The notes: generated by a model not told the origin, from the letters alone. Counted from the first letter of the stretch, positions 35,201 to 42,130 are shown. The stretch: 42,130 nucleotides of DNA from an uncultured Verrucomicrobiota bacterium (GCA_964520205.1 CAZFOA010000003.1:1-42130), one strand, 5' to 3'. Program-made: numbers and translations.

Positions 35201-36270
35201 CGATCGGTTCCTCGAACACGACTTCGCCTCAGTTGACGTTCGTGATGCAAAGCAATTTAACTATCGTCGCCACGTTTACGTTCGCTCCCGCCGCCGCCTC
35301 CTTCAGCGGGCTGTTTTATGAGACGAACGGAATCGAGTTCCTGAAGTCGGGGGCCGTCACCCTGACCACGACCAAGGCGGGTAATTACACCGGCAACCTG
35401 CAAATCGGCGCCAAACGCTATCCGTTCAGCGGGCTGTTTAACAGCAGCGGCACGGATACCCGGCCGGTGCCCAACAGCGGAGGTCTCGTGCTGCAATTGC
35501 AGGCGGGTAACGACCAGATCCTCGGCACGGTCAGCAACGCGCTCTGGACCGCCAGCCTCCAGGCCGACCGCGCGGTCTTCAATTCCCGGACGAACAAGGC
35601 AACTGCGTTCGCCGGCAGGTACACCCTCATCTTCCCGGGATCCAGTGACCCGGCCGATACGAACAATCCGCAAGGGGATGGCTTCGGCACCGTGACGGTG
35701 AACACCTCCGGCCAGGTCGCGTTAAGCGGGACGCTCGCCGACGGCACCAAGATTTCACAGACCGCAACGCTTTCCGGAGACGGCTTGTGGCCGCTTTATG
35801 TTCCGCTCTACAGCGGCAAGGGCCAGTTGTTGAGCTGGCAAACTTTCGCGATCACGGTTGACCAGGATATCAGCGGGCTGTTCAGTTGGATCAAGCAGAC
35901 CAACACCGCCGCCAAGCTCTACCCCAATGGCTTCAGCTTTGAGAACACCTCGGTCGGTTCGGCTTACAATCCGCAGCTGGTTCCGGTCACCGGCTTTACC
36001 AACGCCAATGTGCTGTTAACCGGCGGAAACCTGGCCGGACCGATTGCCAATACGGTGACGGTTACCGCCAAGAACAAAGTGATCAATGTCAGCGGGAGCA
36101 AACTGACGCTGACTCTGACGCCGTCGCAGGGTTTGTTCAAAGGCAGCGTGCTCAATGCGAACACCGGCAAGTCCGTCAGTTTCACCGGCGCCCTTTTGCA
36201 GAAACAGCTCACCGGGTCGGGTTATTTCCTCGGCACAAACCAGAGCGGGCATGTCTCCTTCAGCCCGTAA
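32203..36270 (+). CDS. Giant exported protein (1355 aa), beta-helix-like N/T/S/G-rich region plus one InlB-B-repeat-like domain
   Basis: GTG at 32203 (alternative ATG at 32215). Signal peptide MKRLLLSGVLSLALSPFAALLAQS. Long Asn/Thr/Ser/Gly-rich strand-like sequence. Segment 35071-35283 (VVTISGSGTITPNNNGKSLLLGQTYGMIASPASGSKFIGWTIGS...LTIVATFT) fits the divergent InlB B-repeat pattern. No C-terminal sorting signal. Confidence 0.8.
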   Translation: MKRIMKRLLLSGVLSLALSPFAALLAQSTNVYINSGSVSFAIDAVPIDAVTFINSGTFSAISLQPYETFDTLNFTNKGTGTMNGIPGFWFDDSPSRTGQRQWSANFFNDNNGVVTATSFADFGILVTGFSVNMQSSYLQIWATNIVNYGTFNVGAGGVIQMTGDNVDLKQGVFDVTALAGVGSVILTATNQFSPDTSVYDVYWAAANFTPLPPPLVLDTAAIWDGTNATAPSISSPPAGPPPIPILGFSFVPTYADSWSNYVTTAAISVTNVPNNNPMTVTLVTNMTKEAVFVSAPAFVTVTSRFSHLGISNFNDINVLLSMPLTNSINRVIGTNYIYFQDLLANQAAVGLVPNSLTPDTFRPTNYLVDRLPHATIFVPTVTSRNGILITNPPSGFSGKGVPEPNFFLESGNISFVTPSNVVSSDTVQPSTVVSAGAFAAYAAFLDNVASRPPPVAGGTITNLPGSIRIAAVNLDMTGAKLRAEGQVSITAENLISSTNASIDCENLSYELGSSSGNLVVQNLASIKAGRLRGEIRAWSATWTNAANVVIPINLDTNGIPVPLTNGVSMGCYALILDASGLLNALQVSLYNLILHSTHITVNDDLTVIQSLLIDGQTFTLNGGITIPGFFPPADPINNVLFPGVPLQNWTGTNAPTLALFTNNGAFFIYNEAHFGDDRPLPYAVLVNSGNIIASGIKVNSTYFENDGNLIAQPGTLIINCGSGKLQNSTNTSGNFAKFTAGSLQFSNSAVLAGDSLSFSVTNRFTDGGSSNLFQAMNGINLLTKPQTGDLLGSTLLSIAPSTVIGKTVTHTWAGEDRGANPAGYYNNAAVGTLTFNAFNANSVFSFAGTATAPGRTNGLYVDVLDLSGLNSTNQLQINPNLVIYFAAAKVNFTPPTNSFGLPQQPEEFLNGQLGGHLRWVSSFAGPGSSTNVVIGGQTNTVNRALAGSHITTNLQTAPLVVTISGSGTITPNNNGKSLLLGQTYGMIASPASGSKFIGWTIGSSNTTSPQLTFVMQSNLTIVATFTFAPAAASFSGLFYETNGIEFLKSGAVTLTTTKAGNYTGNLQIGAKRYPFSGLFNSSGTDTRPVPNSGGLVLQLQAGNDQILGTVSNALWTASLQADRAVFNSRTNKATAFAGRYTLIFPGSSDPADTNNPQGDGFGTVTVNTSGQVALSGTLADGTKISQTATLSGDGLWPLYVPLYSGKGQLLSWQTFAITVDQDISGLFSWIKQTNTAAKLYPNGFSFENTSVGSAYNPQLVPVTGFTNANVLLTGGNLAGPIANTVTVTAKNKVINVSGSKLTLTLTPSQGLFKGSVLNANTGKSVSFTGALLQKQLTGSGYFLGTNQSGHVSFSP

Positions 36271-36289
36271 CTGTAACTGTTCAGCAGAG

Positions 36290-36445
36290 AAACCGCAGAT
36301 GGACACAGATGGACGCAGAGGATGCGGACAAAGTGAACATTCCAGCCAAGCCAACCCAGTCACCAAGGCGTGACCGTTTCCAGCCTTCATTTTTCGCGTG
36401 ATTCCTTTTGTTTGATCTGCGTTTATCTGTGTCCATCTGCGGTTT
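36290..36445. repeat. 156-bp inverted-repeat element (MITE/REP-like): 30-nt terminal arms, 28/30 complementary
   Basis: The left arm is AAACCGCAGATGGACACAGATGGACGCAGA (36290-36319). The right arm is TCTGCGTTTATCTGTGTCCATCTGCGGTTT (36416-36445). Its reverse complement differs from the left arm only by GG->AA. The left arm contains tandem CAGATGGAC decamers. The element sits between the giant gene's stop (36270) and the coaE start (36475). Confidence 0.8.
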
Positions 36446-36474
36446 GAATGAATTGTTCCGGCTTGAATTGATCC

Positions 36475-37053
36475 ATGAAAGTCTTCGGATTAACCGGCGG
36501 GATCGGCATGGGCAAATCCACCGCCGGACTATTGCTGCGAGACCGTGGCCTGCCGACGGTGGATACGGATGTGCTCGCCCGCCAGATTGTTGAACCGGGC
36601 CAGCCCGCCCTCCGGGAAATTCAGCAGGCCTTTGGCGGTGAAATCGTCGGCCCCGACGGGCGGCTGCGCCGCAAGGAACTTGCCCGGATTGTTTTCTCCG
36701 ATCCGGCCGCGCGTCAAAAGCTCGAAGGCATCACCCATCCGCGCATTCGCGAGTTGTGGATGATGCAGATCAGCGTTTGGCGGGCCGAGCGACATCCGGT
36801 CGCCATGGTGGTCATTCCGCTCCTGTTCGAAACCGGCGCCCAGACGGAGATGGATGCCACGATTTGCGCGGCTTGCTCGGCCAACACCCAGCGGCGGAGA
36901 CTGGCGGATCGCGGCTGGACGGCGGAGCAGATTCAACAACGCCTTGCCGCGCAGTGGCCGGTCGAAAAAAAATCCGGCGCGGCGGATTTCGTGGTCTGGA
37001 CGGAGGGCGGCCTGGAAGTGCTCGGCCAGCAATTGGAGCGCATACTGGGGTGA
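36475..37053 (+). CDS. coaE: Dephospho-CoA kinase
   Basis: 192-aa ORF. N-terminus MKVFGLTGGIGMGKST (P-loop), then DTDVLARQIVEPG and ITHPRI, typical of CoaE. Confidence 0.9.
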   Translation: MKVFGLTGGIGMGKSTAGLLLRDRGLPTVDTDVLARQIVEPGQPALREIQQAFGGEIVGPDGRLRRKELARIVFSDPAARQKLEGITHPRIRELWMMQISVWRAERHPVAMVVIPLLFETGAQTEMDATICAACSANTQRRRLADRGWTAEQIQQRLAAQWPVEKKSGAADFVVWTEGGLEVLGQQLERILG

Positions 37054-37079
37054 GAGCGGTTGTGGGGCGCCTGGCGCTG

Positions 37080-37203
37080 CTCCAGGAGCGCGGAAGGTCC
37101 CCGTCCGCAGCGCATGCGCTGTGCGCCAGGCACCCGACATTTTTCAAACCCCTGTCGCCAACCTGTCAGCCGGGCCGGTGTGGTCCGGGACGTCCCGCCG
37201 TCC
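37080..37203. repeat. Copy B of the dispersed two-box intergenic repeat
   Basis: Box 1 is CTCCAGGAGCGCGGAAGGTCCCCGTCCGCAGCG (37080-37112). Box 2 is GGTCCGGGACGTCCCGCCGTCC (37182-37203). Same orientation and similar box spacing (~100 nt) as copy A at 9192-9305. Lies between coaE and glgB. Confidence 0.75.
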
Positions 37204-37268
37204 CAATGCGGCTTGCGCCTCTCTTTTGTTGTGTTGTTTCCAGGCGGCTTTGTTAAGGTGCTTTCAGC

Positions 37269-39467
37269 ATGGTACTGACCCAGGAAGAAATTCGTAGTTT
37301 GGTTGAAGTCCAGCACCGTTCACCGCACGAACTGCTCGGCATGCATCCATTGGGCGACGGCAAGGGCCTCGTCGTCCGCGCCTTCGTTCCGCGCGCGGCC
37401 AAGGTCGAAATCCAGCCCGTGCATGAGAAAAACAAACCGGCCATTAAACTCGAGCGCGTGCATGAAGCGGGTTTGTTCGAAGGCTTGACCCGGGCGGCCG
37501 ACCGGGTTTACGCCTACGATCTCGTCATCACGGATTCCCAGAACCACACGCGCCGCACCCGCGATCCCTATTCCTTTCTGCCGACGCTCGGCGAATCGGA
37601 TCTGTTCCTGTTCGGCAAAGGAGATGAGCGCCGGATTTACGAGAAGCTGGGGGCCCAGTTGCGCACGATCGACGGTGTCCCGGGTGTAAGCTTCGCGGTC
37701 TGGGCGCCCAATGCGCGGCGGGTCAGCGTGGTGGGTGATTTCAACGACTGGGACGGGCGCCGGCATCCGATGCGTTCGCTCGGCGCGTCCGGGGTTTGGG
37801 AAATCTTTGTCCCGGGAGCCGGCGAAGGCGCGCATTACAAGTTCGAGATCAAGAATTGCCACGATCAACTGGTTCTGAAAACGGACCCCTACGGCTTTTT
37901 CTTTGAAACTCCGCCCAAGACCGCTTCCATCGTCTGGGACACCCGGAAATTCCGGTGGACGGACGACCTTTGGCTGCAGCGGCGCCGGGACCGCAATCCC
38001 CTGCGTTCGCCCATGAGCATCTACGAGGTTCACCTCGGATCCTGGCGCAAAAAATCCGTGGGCGAATCACCGAACTACCGCGAGCTGGCGGAACCCCTGA
38101 TCCAATACGTGAAGCAAATGGGCTTCACCCATGTCGAGTTCATGCCGGTGGCGGAACACGCCTTTTATCCGTCCTGGGGTTATCAGGTCACCGGCTTTTA
38201 CGCGCCCACCGGCCGTTATGGCACGCCGGCGGATTTCCAATTCCTCGTCAACGCGCTGCACCAGGCGGAGATTGGCGTGCTGATTGATTGGGTGCCGGCG
38301 CATTTTCCGCGCGACGATTGGGCACTCGCGAATTTCGACGGCACCGCCCTTTACGAGCATCAGGACCCGCGCAAAGGCGAGCACCAGGATTGGGGCACTC
38401 TCATTTTCAATTACGGCCGTCACGAAGTCAGCAATTTCCTCACCGCCAACGCGCTGTTCTGGTGCGAGCGGTTCCACGTGGATGGGCTGCGCGTGGATGC
38501 CGTTGCCTCGATGCTCTATCTCGACTATTCCCGCAAGGAAGGTCAATGGATTGCCAACCAATACGGCGGCCGCGAGAATCTGGAAGCCATCGATTTCCTC
38601 CGGAAATTCAACCACCTCACCCACGTCGAGTTCCCCGGCGTAACGACCATTGCGGAGGAATCCACGGCCTGGCCGCTCGTCACCCGCCCGCCCTACCTCG
38701 GCGGACTCGGTTTCTCTTTCAAATGGAACATGGGCTGGATGCATGACACCCTCGGCTATTTCAGCCGTGACCCCGTTCACCGAAAATATCATTACAACGA
38801 TCTCACCTTCGCCATGCTCTACCATCACCATGAAAATTTCATCCTGCCTCTGTCGCATGATGAAGTGGTGCATGGCAAAGGCTCCCTGGCGCGGCGGATG
38901 CCCGGCGACGACTGGCAACGGTTCGCCAACCTGCGCGCGTTGCTGGCGTACCAATGGCTATTCCCCGGAAAAAAACTGCTGTTCATGGGCGGGGAATTCG
39001 GCCAGAGCGACGAATGGAACGCAAATGGGGAACTGGAATGGTGGCTGCTTGACGCCGGCCCCTATCATCGCGGCCTGCAACGCTTCGTCCAGGATTTGAA
39101 TAAACTCTACCTGGCTGTGCCCGGTTTGTGGCAGTCGGATTACGACGCCGGCGGGTTTTATTGGATCGATTGTTCGGACCACGAAAGCTGTATCTTCTCT
39201 TTCGCGCGCCAGAACACGGATCGGACCAGCGAATTGATCGTCGTTCTGAATCTGACTCCCGTGCCGCGCTACCATTACCGTGTCGGACTGCCGCGCCCCG
39301 GCAGATGGCGCGAGGCGTTGAACAGCGATGCGGCCGTTTTCGGCGGCAGCAACGTGGGGAACCAGGGCGGCGTCGTGTCCAAAGACCTGACCTGGCACGG
39401 CCAACCCTGCTCGGCGGAATTGACCCTTCCACCGTTGGGCGCAATCGCTCTCCAGCCGGAACGATAG
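37269..39467 (+). CDS. glgB: 1,4-alpha-glucan branching enzyme (GH13)
   Basis: 732-aa ORF. Motifs VSFAVWAPNARRVSVVGDFNDWDG, GVLIDWVPAHF, HVDGLRVDAVASMLY, TIAEESTAWP and LPLSHDEVVHGK are canonical GlgB/GH13 regions. Confidence 0.95.
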   Translation: MVLTQEEIRSLVEVQHRSPHELLGMHPLGDGKGLVVRAFVPRAAKVEIQPVHEKNKPAIKLERVHEAGLFEGLTRAADRVYAYDLVITDSQNHTRRTRDPYSFLPTLGESDLFLFGKGDERRIYEKLGAQLRTIDGVPGVSFAVWAPNARRVSVVGDFNDWDGRRHPMRSLGASGVWEIFVPGAGEGAHYKFEIKNCHDQLVLKTDPYGFFFETPPKTASIVWDTRKFRWTDDLWLQRRRDRNPLRSPMSIYEVHLGSWRKKSVGESPNYRELAEPLIQYVKQMGFTHVEFMPVAEHAFYPSWGYQVTGFYAPTGRYGTPADFQFLVNALHQAEIGVLIDWVPAHFPRDDWALANFDGTALYEHQDPRKGEHQDWGTLIFNYGRHEVSNFLTANALFWCERFHVDGLRVDAVASMLYLDYSRKEGQWIANQYGGRENLEAIDFLRKFNHLTHVEFPGVTTIAEESTAWPLVTRPPYLGGLGFSFKWNMGWMHDTLGYFSRDPVHRKYHYNDLTFAMLYHHHENFILPLSHDEVVHGKGSLARRMPGDDWQRFANLRALLAYQWLFPGKKLLFMGGEFGQSDEWNANGELEWWLLDAGPYHRGLQRFVQDLNKLYLAVPGLWQSDYDAGGFYWIDCSDHESCIFSFARQNTDRTSELIVVLNLTPVPRYHYRVGLPRPGRWREALNSDAAVFGGSNVGNQGGVVSKDLTWHGQPCSAELTLPPLGAIALQPER

Positions 39468-39512
39468 TGTCCTGATCCGGTTTCGGCGCCGGCTCCTCGG
39501 GCCATCAAATCG

Positions 39513-39548
39513 AAAAAAAACCGGCGATCCGCTTTCGCGGACCGCCGG
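39513..39548 (-). terminator. Rho-independent terminator (minus strand)
   Basis: The minus-strand read is CCGGCGGTCCGC-GAAA-GCGGATCGCCGG followed by TTTTTTTT. That is a 12-bp stem (one G-U pair), a GAAA tetraloop and a U8 tail. On the plus strand the A-run precedes the hairpin, so it is not a plus-strand terminator. Confidence 0.85.
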
Positions 39549-39844
39549 GAACCAAACCCAATTCAGAAGTACGCTACCGACTCAAGAGCCGGCCGCGCCC
39601 TGGCAGATTAAGGAAGGCCTTTTTTGCCTTCGCCAAGAGGGTGAAGGCGAGAGGGAATACAGAATAACGATTTTGGATATCTGTATTTGCATGCTTTCGA
39701 TTGAGCACGGGATATACCAAACCCACATACCCTGCGCCTTGAGAATTTGCGCTCGGTGACCCCGGTGTCTGAAGCGCGATGGAGCCTCGCAATCCCCTCT
39801 TTGTGCCGAAAGATCCTTGGCATCCGAAATCCGATGTCGATAAA

Positions 39845-40019
39845 GCGGATCAGGGTCCCGCCGTCCGGTTGCCCGGCCACTGGAATTTCAGTGTCTCGTT
39901 TCGGACCGGCACTGTCCGGAATTGTGACTGGACGGTTGGCGGCCATTCGGGACACGGGAACCGCCTGACGAGTGTAGCGCAGGCGTCCTTGCCCCCGAGT
40001 CCACCGGGCGTCCCGCCGG
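39845..40019. repeat. Possible diverged copy D of the two-box intergenic repeat
   Basis: GCGGATCAGGGTCCCGCCGTCCGG (39845-39868) resembles box 1. CCACTGGAATTTCAG resembles the copy A centre CAACTGTGGAAATTTCAC. GGGCGTCCCGCCGG (40006-40019) resembles box 2. The matches are short in GC-rich DNA, hence the low confidence. Confidence 0.35.
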
Positions 40020-40074
40020 GGGTTCGTCCTGGCGGCGAGACGCCGCCACAACTCGCCGCCGGAACGGCCGCGCC

Positions 40075-40686
40075 TCAAAGCGAGAGCGGCACGATGCGTT
40101 CCTGCAACTGTTTCTGCCAGCGCCCAAAAAAGCTGAAAAGTCGGCAAAGTTCCTCAAGCCGGCCGCTCAGGACAGCCCTTTCGATCGCCGTTGGGGTTCC
40201 CGATTCCCACTCTGCGTCGAGGCGTTTCAATTCTTCCGTCAATTGATCCGTCAGCGCTCCCAATTTCCGCTGCAGATTCCGAAGTTTTTCGGTCCACTCC
40301 TGGCCGAGCTGGAACTGCTGAACTTTCAGCAAGGGCGAAGTGGTGGCGGCCTTTTCACTCAACAACCGGTCGGCATGGTGGCAGGCCTGGCCGATTTCCA
40401 TGAACAAATCCGTCAGCTTCGGGGGAATCCTCTGGACGTCTTCCGGAACCGCGCCTCGTTCCAACTCCAACAAATGCCGCAGCCGAAGCTGCGGTTCGCG
40501 CAGGCACTGGTAGGCGGCATTCATCTCAATATAGCGGTCGTGCGCTGCTTGGAGTTCGGATCCGCCCTGGTGATGAACGCGATCGGGGTGAATCTGGCCG
40601 GAAACCGCGAGAAATTTCTGCTTTAACCTCTCCGAATCCAGCCAGGGGCGGCGGGGTTCATCAAACAGCGCAAAGTAATCAATCAT
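40075..40686 (-). CDS. hscB: J-domain Fe-S cluster co-chaperone HscB-like
   Basis: Track ORF 40075..40701. Met6 at 40686 gives MIDYFALFDEPRRPWLD, which is HscB-like. The J-domain HPD motif is present (GQIHPDRV), followed by a helical C-terminal domain. Lies immediately downstream of the A-type carrier gene. Confidence 0.8.
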   Translation of the reverse strand: MIDYFALFDEPRRPWLDSERLKQKFLAVSGQIHPDRVHHQGGSELQAAHDRYIEMNAAYQCLREPQLRLRHLLELERGAVPEDVQRIPPKLTDLFMEIGQACHHADRLLSEKAATTSPLLKVQQFQLGQEWTEKLRNLQRKLGALTDQLTEELKRLDAEWESGTPTAIERAVLSGRLEELCRLFSFFGRWQKQLQERIVPLSL

Positions 40687-40745
40687 GACGGCGGAACACA
40701 CGGATCGTGGATTTCAAATCCGGAACTTGAAATCTTGAAGCGGGG

Positions 40746-41129
40746 TCAGGCGCTGAAACTTTCGCCGCAGGAACAACTGGTCGCGGCATTCGGATTCTTC
40801 ACCTTGAAGCCGCCGTCCAATTCATCCAGGTAGTCCAATTCGCTGCCGGTGACATAGAGCGCGCTTTTGGGATCAACCACCACCCGCACGCCCCCGGTTT
40901 CAACGAGGAAATCACGGTTCGCCGGACCGTCCTGCAAATCCATTTTATATTGCAGCCCCGAGCATCCGCCGCCGATGACCGACACGCGCAGGACGCCCTG
41001 GGGCCGCCCTTGCTTGTTCAGCAAGGTGCCGACACGCTTGGCGGCGCTGGGTGTGACCTTGATCAACCGCTCGTCGCCGACTCGAAAACTGGGCGGTGCC
41101 GGTTGGGATGGGACGCGTGGCGCAATCAT
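40746..41129 (-). CDS. iscA: A-type iron-sulfur cluster carrier (IscA/ErpA/HesB family)
   Basis: 127-aa ORF. Motifs LRVSVIGGGCSGLQYKMDL and C-terminal NPNAATSCSCGESFSA supply the three conserved Cys. Confidence 0.9.
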   Translation of the reverse strand: MIAPRVPSQPAPPSFRVGDERLIKVTPSAAKRVGTLLNKQGRPQGVLRVSVIGGGCSGLQYKMDLQDGPANRDFLVETGGVRVVVDPKSALYVTGSELDYLDELDGGFKVKNPNAATSCSCGESFSA

Positions 41130-41168
41130 GGTTGGATGGGCAAAATCTATTCGCCAAACCCGCCGGCG

Positions 41169-41960
41169 TCAACGCATTCTGCGCAGATCCGTGGTTTGCT
41201 CGTGGTAATCGACCGTGCGCCGCAGAACCACCTCGCGTCCCTCAAGATGCCAGCTTGTCGCCCGGGTGAACCACAGGCCGTCATCGGTGCGCTCGCGGTC
41301 GATGGAGCAATTGAATTTCCAGACGGACCCGACCAGCCCGCCGAGCACATCGACTTTCTCGGTCAAATGCAGGTCGGCTTTCACCAGTTGCGATTCTTCT
41401 TCGTCCAACCAGATCCGGCCGGCGGCGCGGTTGATGAATCGTTCCTTAAGATTGCGCTCTGGCAGCTTCCCGGCCTTCGGCTTGAAATCGATCACCAACG
41501 CATCCCGGCCGTTGACGGATTCGCGCCCTTTCAAGACCAGGACGAAACGGTCCAGCAAATCGGGATTCGCCAGGAAATCCTTTTTGTCGAACGCGCGGCC
41601 GCGCACATTGGCCGTGGGCGCCTGGCCCGCTCCGGACGGAGTGACGGCATTCGCTTGCGGCGCCGGTTGCGGCACCACCGGACGCGCCGCCTGGCGGGCC
41701 GGGTCGTTCACGTTCTGCTTCTTCTCCTGCTTTTTCAGCTCGCCGTCGCCGTTGCGAAACTCCGTCACTTTGGCGCGCGCATAAAAGTAGCGCTGGTTGA
41801 AAGCCCGGTCGTTGTCGCTTCCCCCCTGGGCTGCGTCCACCGCGCGCTGGATCACCGTTTCAATGGAAGGCAACGGCGGCTCGGCGCTGGTTTCGGACAG
41901 CGCGACCACACACGCCGCCAGCCAGATCGTGCCCCCGATTGCGTATGTGCCAATTCTCAT
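41169..41960 (-). CDS. Secreted hypothetical protein (possibly LolA-like fold)
   Basis: 263-aa ORF. Signal peptide MRIGTYAIGGTIWLAACVVALSETSA, a charged Lys/Gln linker, and a strand-rich C-terminal half. The fold guess is weak. Confidence 0.65.
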   Translation of the reverse strand: MRIGTYAIGGTIWLAACVVALSETSAEPPLPSIETVIQRAVDAAQGGSDNDRAFNQRYFYARAKVTEFRNGDGELKKQEKKQNVNDPARQAARPVVPQPAPQANAVTPSGAGQAPTANVRGRAFDKKDFLANPDLLDRFVLVLKGRESVNGRDALVIDFKPKAGKLPERNLKERFINRAAGRIWLDEEESQLVKADLHLTEKVDVLGGLVGSVWKFNCSIDRERTDDGLWFTRATSWHLEGREVVLRRTVDYHEQTTDLRRMR

Positions 41961-42130
41961 AGAGTTACCGTATTATACCCTATTAGATGCCACAATTCCC
42001 GCGTTTATTCAAATGCGGAAAACGAAATGGAATTGTCCGGATTTCTCCGGATGCAGCTCTATTGGGTGTGTCGGGACTTTGCACGAACCCAAGGCAGGGC
42101 GCGTCACGCCGTCCGCGCCATGCTCCTGCG

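Noticed and set aside
29432-36270. Checked whether the three exported proteins downstream of the secretin are PEP-CTERM substrates of the exosortase at 18615-19586.
   Set aside because: Their C-termini (..FAQQYSQSGGQ, ..NSILNGGGL, ..NQSGHVSFSP) lack the PEP motif, the hydrophobic helix and the basic tail.
36016-36593. Small ORFs crossing the inverted-repeat element: 36016-36390 (-), 36155-36373 (+) and 36408-36593 (+).
   Set aside because: They overlap the end of the giant gene or the start of coaE. They derive from the repeat arms and have no start context or protein-like composition.
39468-40074. Tested the gene-free gap for known structured RNAs (RNase P RNA, tmRNA, SRP/4.5S RNA, 6S) on both strands.
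   Set aside because: There is no GGAAAGUCC-type P4 sequence, no tmRNA tRNA-like end or tag ORF, and no SRP domain IV GGAA/AGCA motif. 6S cannot be judged without folding or covariation. The region is left as an unassigned candidate in the findings.
1-42130. Looked for mobile-element or genomic-island hallmarks (integrase, transposase, phage genes, toxin-antitoxin, restriction-modification or other defence genes, flanking direct repeats).
   Set aside because: No ORF shows such motifs. The only repeat structures are the short non-coding elements reported above, and nadE, coaE, glgB and hscB/iscA indicate core chromosome.

Overview
GC-rich bacterial chromosomal window. Gene content, including an Amuc_1100-type pilus-like cluster and an exosortase, suggests Verrucomicrobiota/PVC; this is inference only. 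There are three blocks. (1) 296-22769 is a ~22 kb envelope-glycan locus. It holds an MBOAT plus an SGNH/DltD-like partner, two GT4 genes, a Dpm1/ArnC-like GT2 with a methyltransferase and an ArnT/PMT-like GT-C, a WaaL/Wzy-like protein, GT9, GT2 and a fused cytidylyltransferase-GHMP kinase. It also holds nadE, GT26, a GDP-mannose-3,5-epimerase-like SDR, exosortase plus EpsI, a polyprenyl-P sugar-P transferase and UDP-xylose synthase. (2) 22958-36270 is a tightly packed seven-gene operon. It encodes a PilM-PilN fusion, an Amuc_1100-like anchored protein, a second anchored protein, a TPR-secretin with two poly-Gly tracts, and three large signal-peptide proteins (a 7-repeat propeller-like protein, an orphan, and a 1355-aa giant). 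I see no pilin, secretion ATPase or platform gene anywhere in the window, so this is the best candidate for an undescribed system. (3) 36475-41960 is housekeeping: coaE, glgB, hscB, an A-type Fe-S carrier and a secreted hypothetical. The non-coding structure includes a 156-bp inverted-repeat (MITE/REP-like) element and a dispersed two-box intergenic repeat family with at least 2-3 copies. It also includes a textbook minus-strand intrinsic terminator stranded in a 607-bp gene-free gap. I found no rRNA/tRNA, CRISPR array, transposase, integrase or recognisable defence gene. Many long antisense ORFs in the track are GC-driven shadows.
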